DNA from: Candidatus Acidiferrum sp.
Lineage (GTDB): Bacteria; Acidobacteriota; Terriglobia; Acidiferrales; UBA7541
Reading direction: 5' to 3'
Assembly: GCA_036513675.1 (NCBI GenBank)
Contig: DATBYP010000183.1
Coordinates: 26,447 to 90,446, forward strand
DNA length: 64,000 bases
Under the pieces are notes generated by a model. It saw only the letters and a program-made list of their open reading frames with translations, searched no databases and had not been told where the DNA came from. The first letter of the stretch is position 1. Every line of letters begins with the position of its first letter. The translations under genes and the position numbers were made by a program. Of the stretch, positions 1 through 8,337 are shown piece by piece.

Positions 1-250
1 GCGCGGAAAGGGGTTGAGCATTCCACTGCGGAGTTTCACCGTCAGCTCGTCTGCTAAAGAACAATCACTGCGGGATGAAAAAGGAACGGTGTGGAGTTGC
101 TACGCGCTAGAGCCAGCGCAGGGATTCAGCGGGGCGGTTGTGGCGGCAGGCGAAAATTGGAAATTAAGATATTACGACTGGTTGGCCGAGGTGGAGACTG
201 CAGCTCCGGCGTTGCTTCAACCGTCGGATGATTGCGGCGGTGCGGATTAG
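1..250 (+). CDS. 3' end of an unidentified gene entering from the left edge
   Basis: Frame is open from the window start to TAG at 248-250 and converges on the EPS operon; no recognisable motif. Confidence 0.4.
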   Translation, partial: RGKGLSIPLRSFTVSSSAKEQSLRDEKGTVWSCYALEPAQGFSGAVVAAGENWKLRYYDWLAEVETAAPALLQPSDDCGGAD

Positions 251-531
251 GTCCAAAATCCTGCCCGTAAATCGCGCCTTCAAGAAATCAGAAGCTGCGT
301 CGCATCGTCAGATGGATGCTTAGTTTGTAACCATCCAGAGTGAGGGTGGCATTGGGTCGGCGATGTGCGAAGCCGAACATGCGGACCGAAGGAAATTCCG
401 GTGGGCATGCCAGTCTGCCAAAGGCGCATGGGCTCCCCGAAGATCGAGACGCTAAGACTCTTCATCTGTAATATGAGGCGGCCCGAGAACCGTAAGCGAC
501 AAGTGGCTACATCACAAAGCATTGTACGGTC

Positions 532-1932
532 TTAGGCGCCCGGGCTTGGCTGCGACCCGGCTAGAGTTGGGACCTCCTGAACCTGGAATTCGGAATCGAA
601 ACTGTAAGCGACGCGGCCGTTCTCCAAGCGGGCGAAGGCTATGCGGCCGCGGCCCGCGCCTGGACCTTCGATTTGCCACGTGCTTCCCTCTCTAACGAGA
701 CGCATCTGATTTCTGCTCCGCCACCAATCGTTCAGCTCTCGTGGCAGAGCGATCCACATTTTGGAATCCTGGCGAAGCTGAGCGAGGCGAGCTAGCAAGC
801 AGGAGTAGACGTCGCGAGCGCGCTTATCGAGCAAATAATCGGGATGGACGATGAAGCTGATCAAACCGTTTTGCTCAAGAATCAGTTGAATTTGCTGCTC
901 CCAAAGGTCCATCGAGTATTGACGGAGGATATTGAAAAGCGTGTAGTCCTGCGTGGCCACGACGGGGATTTCCAGGATTTTCCCGATGAAGTAAGGCTTG
1001 GTCGTACAGCAGCCGCCACGCTGCGGATCAAGATGGCCGACGTTAGGCACCGACATGTCGTAAGAACAATCGAAGAATTCATACCAATCGAGATTTCGAT
1101 AGAGAACACCAGAACGATACCCAGCCGACCGGAACTTCCTGCCGTAGTCGTTGATGCGGGCGACGCGACGAAGGAATTCCTCCCGATTGCGAAAGAGGTC
1201 TCCGTCGTGATTGAAATCGTGGACGTTGATCTCGAAGCCGCGCTCGCGAAGCCTGCGTAGAAACTCATCGGAGACTTCGTAGCGCACTTCGGGAATAAGC
1301 TGAAAGGAAGCTTTGATTCCGAAGGCGTCGTCCAAATCCATAAGCGTGTTGCAGAAGTCGCGGCCGACGGCGGTCTCGACATCATGGGTCATTGTGGCGC
1401 AACTCGAGTGGCCCTCTGGCCAAAACCAGATGAACGGAATGGGTCGGCCGGAATTCGCGCGTATGGCGCAAGCCATCATGCGATCGAACAAGCGATCAAC
1501 TGTTTGATCGATTGGCCAGGCCGGGAACTGGGCGCGATCCCATCCGCGGAGAGCGAGACGCTGCAGATGCTTTCGCACGGACGTCGGCAGGAAAGGGCGC
1601 ACGGCGTAATAGGTTTTGCGGCTGACTGCCTTGGCAACAGATGTACGGACGACAGGCATGGCGCCCTCATAACGCTCGAACCGTAGATTCTCCACAACCT
1701 CGTCGAGATCAAAGGGGAGAACGCAGGCGTTCTCTTCAAGGCTCACATCGGAAAAAACATCGTCGAGGGCACCGGTGGACTCATGACTGGTGTGACCTGC
1801 GGAGACTCGGCCGTAGCAGGTTAGATCCGGGCCAACATGGAAGAAGCCGGGATCCGAAAGCAGCTCTCCTTTCAGACGGAAATCCACGTAGTTCGCGGGA
1901 CAACGAAAATATTCCAGGAATTGCTTGTTCAT
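532..1932 (-). CDS. Polysaccharide deacetylase-like (NodB/CE4 fold) protein, EPS-associated
   Basis: THDVE, HDFNH, YRSG and HPDY motifs resemble the CE4 metal-binding and catalytic motifs; last gene of the EPS operon. Confidence 0.7.
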   Translation of the reverse strand: MNKQFLEYFRCPANYVDFRLKGELLSDPGFFHVGPDLTCYGRVSAGHTSHESTGALDDVFSDVSLEENACVLPFDLDEVVENLRFERYEGAMPVVRTSVAKAVSRKTYYAVRPFLPTSVRKHLQRLALRGWDRAQFPAWPIDQTVDRLFDRMMACAIRANSGRPIPFIWFWPEGHSSCATMTHDVETAVGRDFCNTLMDLDDAFGIKASFQLIPEVRYEVSDEFLRRLRERGFEINVHDFNHDGDLFRNREEFLRRVARINDYGRKFRSAGYRSGVLYRNLDWYEFFDCSYDMSVPNVGHLDPQRGGCCTTKPYFIGKILEIPVVATQDYTLFNILRQYSMDLWEQQIQLILEQNGLISFIVHPDYLLDKRARDVYSCLLARLAQLRQDSKMWIALPRELNDWWRSRNQMRLVREGSTWQIEGPGAGRGRIAFARLENGRVAYSFDSEFQVQEVPTLAGSQPSPGA

Positions 1933-1949
1933 TTATCTGCTTCTTGCAG

Positions 1950-2990
1950 TTAGCCTATGTGACGGTAAAGGAGCCTTCCGGTGGCGGCGAGAAGCGTGTC
2001 GGGCATCAAGGAAAAAACACCCCTTGCAACGCGCGTGCGCCATCCGGAATTCAGATGAAAGGATCGCCGCGCAGGAAGACGGTAGTAATCCAGAGGCATG
2101 CTTACGGCGCCCCAATTTTCCTTGAAGGTGACCAAGCCAGAATTATCTGTCTCTGATCGGCCTAAATCGTATTTCAGGAGACCGTTCTTCTTGGCGTCCT
2201 GGATGGCTCGCCAGAACAAAAGCGAGTTTCCGCCGAGATTATTGAAGCGAGAGTCGGAACATCCATACTTGTAAACGAGGACGTCCTTGTACTGGATGGT
2301 GACGATGCTAGCGACGGGCTGACCATCCTTTGAGACGATGCGGATAAGGAGGCGATTGCCAAGGCACGCGACGACGTTCCGAAACCAAACTAGCGGCTGC
2401 GGCGGCAAGCCGTGGCGGCGTCGCGTAAGTAACAGCAGGTCATAAAATTTCTTTAGCAGCTCATCCGAGCGGCCCTCTTCGTAGGTTAGCTTCTCGCGCT
2501 CGGCTCGCTGAATTTTCCTTTGCACGCAGCTTTTGTGAAAATTGCGGAAAAGCGTATCCAGGCTAGGGCTAAGATCGAGCACCTGCAGGGAATACGATTC
2601 GCTCTTGGTGACATCGGAGGCTCGCGCGGCACCTTCGGGGCAACACGGGCGGACCTCAATGTATTTCCAGCGTTTGCTTTGGCGCGAAGCTTTGAGCCAG
2701 TCCATCAGCTCGGCCATATCCTGCGCACCGGCAAGAGGCTGGCAGTGGTCAGAGAACGGCAATGAGACCAATCGGCTCCCACTCAACCAACTGCGAACGC
2801 GGCAAAAGGCGATACCATTGGTGAGGTCCCGGCCGGGCGGAGTGGTGGTATAAACGACCGGCTCATAGCTATAGGTTCGCCACAGAGCTTCCAACCAATG
2901 TGCGGAGTGGAAGACGGCGCCGTCTGGATGGTCGTCGACGAAGGGCTGCCACCGAGAGTCTTTTAGCGGATTGAACTGATAAACGCTCAC
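1950..2990 (-). CDS. FemAB-related GNAT acyl/aminoacyl transferase (type seen in PEP-CTERM/EPS loci)
   Basis: FHSAHW, SLPFSDH, RKIQRAER and YDLGRS...GLVTFKENWGA pattern; start overlaps the upstream stop (GTGA). Confidence 0.8.
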   Translation of the reverse strand: MSVYQFNPLKDSRWQPFVDDHPDGAVFHSAHWLEALWRTYSYEPVVYTTTPPGRDLTNGIAFCRVRSWLSGSRLVSLPFSDHCQPLAGAQDMAELMDWLKASRQSKRWKYIEVRPCCPEGAARASDVTKSESYSLQVLDLSPSLDTLFRNFHKSCVQRKIQRAEREKLTYEEGRSDELLKKFYDLLLLTRRRHGLPPQPLVWFRNVVACLGNRLLIRIVSKDGQPVASIVTIQYKDVLVYKYGCSDSRFNNLGGNSLLFWRAIQDAKKNGLLKYDLGRSETDNSGLVTFKENWGAVSMPLDYYRLPARRSFHLNSGWRTRVARGVFSLMPDTLLAATGRLLYRHIG

Positions 2991-3967
2991 TCGTTCATTC
3001 CTGAGATCTTGGTGCGATCAAAAAAACCGAACAAACGACGGAGCTGTTGCTCGCGAATGTATCGAATGAACTCGGTGTCATTGACCTGTGGGGCGCGCAG
3101 GAGATAGCTGCGCAAAAAGCCATAGGTGAGAGCCAGGGCGCCGATTAGATAGGGAGGCTTGAACAGGCGACGAGCGCACTTTGCCGCGAAAAAAAGAGGG
3201 TGATAGCCAACGATGTAGTCGGAATGCCCGTTTTTCACGGCATCGCTCCAGCGACCTAGCGCCGAACCGGTTGCGCGGTGGTGGATGAGCTGCAGATCGG
3301 GAAAAGTGAAGGTAGACCAACCGCGCATGTGGGCTTTGATCTCATCGACAGTATCCCAGCCGAGCCCGCGCAACATTCCGCCGAGGCTATCCCAGCACTG
3401 GCGACGATAGATTTTAGTAGCTCCGCGAACGTGATAGTCTACGCACTTTTCGAGGTGGAGCTCGTCGCCGATCTTGTTGTAAATTGTGCCGCCGCCGATT
3501 CCCAGGGCAGGGTCCTCGCGGAAGTACGCGAAGCATTTCTCGAAGTATTGGGGTGAAAATGTCAGATCGCCATCTAGGTTAACGAGAAATTCCCAATTCT
3601 TCGTTTTCAGCAGCTCGACCCCGTAAAGAAATCCTTCGATGCCTCCTCCCGTGGAGCGAAAACCGCGGTTTTCGCGATGGGCCGGGCGAATCCACGAGTA
3701 TTTCCGCGCATACTCGTCAATGATAGAGCCCGTCCGATCGGTGGAACCATCATCGACGATAATCCATTCTGCTGGACGAATGCTCTGTGCCGCGACGGCT
3801 TCGATGGTAGCGCCGATGAATTCCTCCTCATCGCGTACTGGCGTGATAATGCAGTACGCGACCGATACATTCGGTAGGGTAACGACGCTCCTAGACATTT
3901 GCCCGTTAGGCAAGTTGTGTTCGACGTTGGTGGAGTTGGACAATGAAAGATCTCCGTTTTTCCTCAC
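2987..3967 (-). CDS. Glycosyltransferase family 2
   Basis: IITPVRDEE, IVDDGSTD, LDGD (DxD) and GWDTVD motifs. Confidence 0.9.
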   Translation of the reverse strand: MRKNGDLSLSNSTNVEHNLPNGQMSRSVVTLPNVSVAYCIITPVRDEEEFIGATIEAVAAQSIRPAEWIIVDDGSTDRTGSIIDEYARKYSWIRPAHRENRGFRSTGGGIEGFLYGVELLKTKNWEFLVNLDGDLTFSPQYFEKCFAYFREDPALGIGGGTIYNKIGDELHLEKCVDYHVRGATKIYRRQCWDSLGGMLRGLGWDTVDEIKAHMRGWSTFTFPDLQLIHHRATGSALGRWSDAVKNGHSDYIVGYHPLFFAAKCARRLFKPPYLIGALALTYGFLRSYLLRAPQVNDTEFIRYIREQQLRRLFGFFDRTKISGMNE

Positions 3968-5811
3968 CTTGATTGCCGTGATGGAGAGAGCCTCAAGTGC
4001 TGCTTTATTCTGCCGGCCGTACGGCTGAGAAGCTCACTTTGGGAAAGGTAGTTGTCACGGAACTCCGAGAGATACCGCCTAAGGCGCGTTTTTGCGCCAT
4101 ATCCAACGCCGGTACGCGTTGTATTCGTACCTAGTTTGTCGAAGTAGATGATCTGAACCTCCATCGTTTGCTTGGGACAAAGCGTTACGTTGAACCGAAT
4201 ATTTCTTCCTTCGGAGGTGCAATCAACTGGTTCTTGATTGACAAGGACAGCTTTGATGCAATCCAAGTCTCCTTCTTCTTTCACAATAAGCGCCTGGCGA
4301 GGCTCGGTGGACGGATTCTCGATGACTAACTTTTCGCCGTACATCTGAATGATGTTGGTTCCATCCCACTCCTTGCGGATTTTGAAAGTACGGACGATAG
4401 CATCACCCAAAGGACGCCAATGAAGAGTCCAGTTCAAGGAATTAAGCCTGGCAATAAAATCCACCAAATCGTGCCCATGATCCCTGAAGGTGTCGTGGTG
4501 GCCAACGATGAAGCAAGGCTTGCCAAGGAGTTCATCGAACGCGAAATTTTCAATTCCATGGCTTAGATAGCGCCTAGTGAATATAGGGAAGGTCCCATAC
4601 TTCATAATGGCAACGTTCCAGACGTCGGCGATTCTCGTGTCGTTGAGGATGTCATTGAACGGTGCCACTTCGGTATTCACCGCCGCGACAAAACCATTTA
4701 GCTTGAGAGCTAAGCCCGCTTGCGGCGAAAAGGCTCCCTGCGGAAATATCATTACGTAGTCGTGCTCGAGGGACGTTTTTTGACGAAGAAGCTCCATTCG
4801 ATGGCGTGCCGCCTTGATTCTCGTGTTTAGCAAGGCAGTAGAGGGTGTGGCGAATTCGCTAGCGGTGTGGTCACAGCCGTGAACAGAGATCGAAAGTCTG
4901 TCAGAACGCTGCTGAAACATGCGCACCGTAGAAGGACTTGTCCGCCGCCAGTTCCACGGAATAAACCCGATGGTGGTCGCGAAGTCTTGCTTGTCCATCA
5001 GGTCCAAGGCCTCGCGAAACTGCAGGAAGCCGTAACGAGACTTTAGGAGCGGGTCATCAACAATCAGGCAGGCGCTGGTTTCGGAACTGTTCCAGCAGAC
5101 GTCGCCGCAGGCCCACTTGAGGTACATTGTGGCGGGAACAGCGCTGGAGAAAAATTCTTTTACGTCGAAATACTTTGCGACCGTGCGCGTAAGGTCGATA
5201 GTATTGCAACAGGCATTCAAGTAAAAACGCACTCCACCATACATGATTCCACAAAAGACGATTCCCTGATCGGCGGTGATTATGCTCTGGAATCCGTCAG
5301 GTAGAAGGCGCAAGTCAAAGGCGATCTCGCCTTCGTTTAGTTTTGCTTGCGCGCATATTCCGGACATGGACTTGCACATTTCGGGAAAATCGCTGGTGAC
5401 GGACATGAAGGCGTGCTGCCCACGGAGAGTGCGAATGTTCGCGCCGGGATCCTTGGTCAAAAGTCGCAACAACGTTTGACATAACAGTGAATCTTCAAAC
5501 CCAGAGACATAGACAGAATCTACGCCTTGCATCCACGGAGGCAAGGCACCGTTGGAGGTTTCGAGGCCTTGCAGGGCTACAGCCATGTGAGACGCGGAGC
5601 TCAGCATGCAAGACTTACTTTTGGCAAGATGCGAAGGCAACGCGCGGCCACGAACGACCTCGTCAAGAGTTACTGAGTTCCAAGGCACGCCAAAAAAATC
5701 GAGCAATGCGGCGAGATTCCGATCATTCGATGAAACATTCTGCCCGTGAAGCACGAGTGCCCCTTGCGAGCGATCCATCACAGAAGTCGAGCGGTCGTTA
5801 AATCCGGGCAT
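3964..5811 (-). CDS. Hypothetical EPS protein with a central deacetylase-like (CE4/DUF2334-like) domain
   Basis: IVDDP, HGCDH, FPQG and GHH motifs; 615 aa ORF in the operon. Confidence 0.55.
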   Translation of the reverse strand: MPGFNDRSTSVMDRSQGALVLHGQNVSSNDRNLAALLDFFGVPWNSVTLDEVVRGRALPSHLAKSKSCMLSSASHMAVALQGLETSNGALPPWMQGVDSVYVSGFEDSLLCQTLLRLLTKDPGANIRTLRGQHAFMSVTSDFPEMCKSMSGICAQAKLNEGEIAFDLRLLPDGFQSIITADQGIVFCGIMYGGVRFYLNACCNTIDLTRTVAKYFDVKEFFSSAVPATMYLKWACGDVCWNSSETSACLIVDDPLLKSRYGFLQFREALDLMDKQDFATTIGFIPWNWRRTSPSTVRMFQQRSDRLSISVHGCDHTASEFATPSTALLNTRIKAARHRMELLRQKTSLEHDYVMIFPQGAFSPQAGLALKLNGFVAAVNTEVAPFNDILNDTRIADVWNVAIMKYGTFPIFTRRYLSHGIENFAFDELLGKPCFIVGHHDTFRDHGHDLVDFIARLNSLNWTLHWRPLGDAIVRTFKIRKEWDGTNIIQMYGEKLVIENPSTEPRQALIVKEEGDLDCIKAVLVNQEPVDCTSEGRNIRFNVTLCPKQTMEVQIIYFDKLGTNTTRTGVGYGAKTRLRRYLSEFRDNYLSQSELLSRTAGRIKQHLRLSPSRQSR

Positions 5812-5883
5812 AAGAATGATCGAGCTGCTGTGCGGGGATTCAATAACTGAAACACTTGAGCTGGAAGCTTACGAACGGCGCGG

Positions 5884-6735
5884 CTATATTTTCCGGGCGA
5901 CCACCAGGGACCGCATCGCGCGGCTTGGGACAATCGCGCTGAGCACTGGCGTCAGAGCCTTCATCACGGAGGTGAGCCCACGACCGGCCGAGTGAGGCAC
6001 CCAACAGAAATTGTGTTTCTTGAGAATCTCGAAACCGGCGGAGGAAAACGGCTGGGCGTATTCGTCTAATGTCGGCAGATAGTAGGCGTTTTCCTCTTTA
6101 GTCAGACGGTCATGAAATCGGCTGCGGAACGCCGGGAACTTATTGTTCATATCGATGACAATGCAAACTCCTCCAGGGGAAAGAAGGTCGAAAATCGCTG
6201 CCACACACTCGTTCTCATTCATCAAGCGATGGCAATAACGGATAGTATTGACACCCACGATGAGGTCAAAGGATCCGAGGAGAGAATCCTCGGGAAGTCC
6301 GAGCGCCGACGTCGCGTCTCCAATAAGATTTTCGTTCCTGGCCACGCAAAACCGTACTTTTTTGTTTTGCTTGGGTGGGAGGTATTTGTTTGCTTCGAGG
6401 TTGGCCGCTTCGATGAGGGTTTCAGAAAAGTCCGTACCGAAAGCGCAGTCCAGAGGTATTCCGCGGCGGTCCAACGTGGAAACGAGATGTAGAAGGTTCA
6501 TGCCGCCGCCGCAGCCGAACTCCCATAAGCGAATACCTTTTTGTATTCTGGGCTTAGGAATGTAGTTCTGGAGTACATCGAGATAAATGCTGCCGTAGTC
6601 GTGTTCCAAAAGATAGGCGATCCCGCTGCCGGCGGTCTCCCTCGTGTATTTGCGGATGCTTTCCATCGAGTTGTATTCTTCGAGGAATCCGCCATTGAGT
6701 TTCGGAACAACATCGGTGCTCTGTGCTCTACTCAT
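5884..6735 (-). CDS. Class I SAM-dependent methyltransferase
   Basis: WEFGCGGG motif I, GTDFS, FDLIV and LLSPGG motifs. Confidence 0.85.
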   Translation of the reverse strand: MSRAQSTDVVPKLNGGFLEEYNSMESIRKYTRETAGSGIAYLLEHDYGSIYLDVLQNYIPKPRIQKGIRLWEFGCGGGMNLLHLVSTLDRRGIPLDCAFGTDFSETLIEAANLEANKYLPPKQNKKVRFCVARNENLIGDATSALGLPEDSLLGSFDLIVGVNTIRYCHRLMNENECVAAIFDLLSPGGVCIVIDMNNKFPAFRSRFHDRLTKEENAYYLPTLDEYAQPFSSAGFEILKKHNFCWVPHSAGRGLTSVMKALTPVLSAIVPSRAMRSLVVARKI

Positions 6736-6909
6736 CGGTTTGCTCCCAAGATTCGCAAGATACCCATGGACTGGATTGAGTCTTTACGGCAGGTCAGCAC
6801 ATCTCGGATTGGTATCCGGCGGTGAAAGATCCAATGGTCGACCTCAGTAACTGAGACAGAGACTGGAACGTCGAACGCAACTGCAGACCCGCACCACCGT
6901 GCTGCAGAA

Positions 6910-8337
6910 CTAAGGTTTGAAATGTGATTGCTGTTTCAAAGCAAAAAACGGTTTCGGCCGAGACGTGAGAGGCGCTGAATAAGCCGGCTTCAAGTGGCGA
7001 TATCCCGGACGAGGCGCTTCCTTGAGGACTTTTTTTACGGCGAGGTAGGGGGCTGTGGCGGTCACAATGAAAGCCAAAGTCGCGAACCACAAGACGCGAG
7101 TCTGGTCAAAATAGCTAACCCCGAAGAACGCGGTAACGTGCGAGAGGAGAGTGGCGCCGAGCAACCAAAAGTACCATTCTTTCTCACGATCGCCTTCCAC
7201 GTTTTTTCTTGCCGTGCCTATCCTTGAAAAGCCGAGAACAACCATGGCCACAAAACACGCGAACGTAGCCAAGCCGCCCAGCTCGCCCTCAGAGACAAAC
7301 TGATTACACAAGTCCCACATGGTATAGCCCCACTGAGCATTGTCAGCAGTGCCTATAAGCCACCAATCGCGAAAATGCGTGATGAAATCATTCACGAGCA
7401 TGGCACGGTGGTAGCCAGACGAACCGCCTACGATGTCGACGCGGGCAATCAGAAACCATACGGGAGCCTTCATTGCTAAATGCAGGGCAACCAACACGAG
7501 AACAACGGCCCACCGAACTGGGCGCATGTGCCTCCGCAGAGGCCACGCGCAGATGGCAATGAGGGCCGCGCCATAGGCCAGTACGGACGTGCTCGAGTGA
7601 GAGGTCACAACCATTACAGTTGAGGAGATCGCGCCGAGGACAGCGAGGATTTGAGACGTGCCACGTTTCCAGAGAAGAAAGAAGAGGGGGAGGAGAGTGG
7701 CGCCGAAGGTACCCGCCAGCAGCTCATGCTGAAACGGACCTTCCGCGCGCACAGAACCTAAGCGAACTTCCGGAGCCGCCCGGACTCCGCCCAGCAATCC
7801 GAACACGTTGACCTGATGAAACTTTTCAAAAAGCATGCAACCGGCGATGATCACGGAGATGACGGCAAACACGCGAATGGCTTTGTAAATGTCATCATCA
7901 TCGCGGATCAAGTATCTGAGCACAAAATAACCGCCCAAGGCATCAAGCAAGAAACCGCCTTGATAAACGATCGCGCTGGAATTGAGAGAGAAAACCAATA
8001 CGCCAGCCAGAGCACGGAAGAGGGCCCAGAAGACAAATATAGTGTCCAGAGTACTCCAACGATTACCGAAGGCGCCTTCGGGCGATGTGAACATCGAGGC
8101 GAATATGCGGGCCGACACAGCGAGAATGATGATTCGTATAACGAAGAAATGAAGACCGCCGACAAGGACCGTCTGCCCGATGGGAATGAGAAAGGCAGTG
8201 ACTAAAACGGGCCAGATGACGTACTTGCGGGGAAGCAGGAAAATCAGAACTATGGCGATGAGCATCGCGGCAAGCACGATGGGGTGCAGGAGCGTTTCCG
8301 AAGCACCGCCGCCAAATCTAAGATTCTCTGGTGGCAT
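6910..8337 (-). CDS. Wzy/O-antigen ligase-family polysaccharide polymerase
   Basis: About 11-12 hydrophobic segments; RAEGPFQH, SHSST and HR...W.IG...DLCNQF loop motifs; EPS context. Confidence 0.8.
   Translation of the reverse strand: MPPENLRFGGGASETLLHPIVLAAMLIAIVLIFLLPRKYVIWPVLVTAFLIPIGQTVLVGGLHFFVIRIIILAVSARIFASMFTSPEGAFGNRWSTLDTIFVFWALFRALAGVLVFSLNSSAIVYQGGFLLDALGGYFVLRYLIRDDDDIYKAIRVFAVISVIIAGCMLFEKFHQVNVFGLLGGVRAAPEVRLGSVRAEGPFQHELLAGTFGATLLPLFFLLWKRGTSQILAVLGAISSTVMVVTSHSSTSVLAYGAALIAICAWPLRRHMRPVRWAVVLVLVALHLAMKAPVWFLIARVDIVGGSSGYHRAMLVNDFITHFRDWWLIGTADNAQWGYTMWDLCNQFVSEGELGGLATFACFVAMVVLGFSRIGTARKNVEGDREKEWYFWLLGATLLSHVTAFFGVSYFDQTRVLWFATLAFIVTATAPYLAVKKVLKEAPRPGYRHLKPAYSAPLTSRPKPFFALKQQSHFKP

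Noticed and set aside
280-522. 80 aa minus-strand ORF after the EPS operon
   Set aside because: No RBS or motif; probably intergenic
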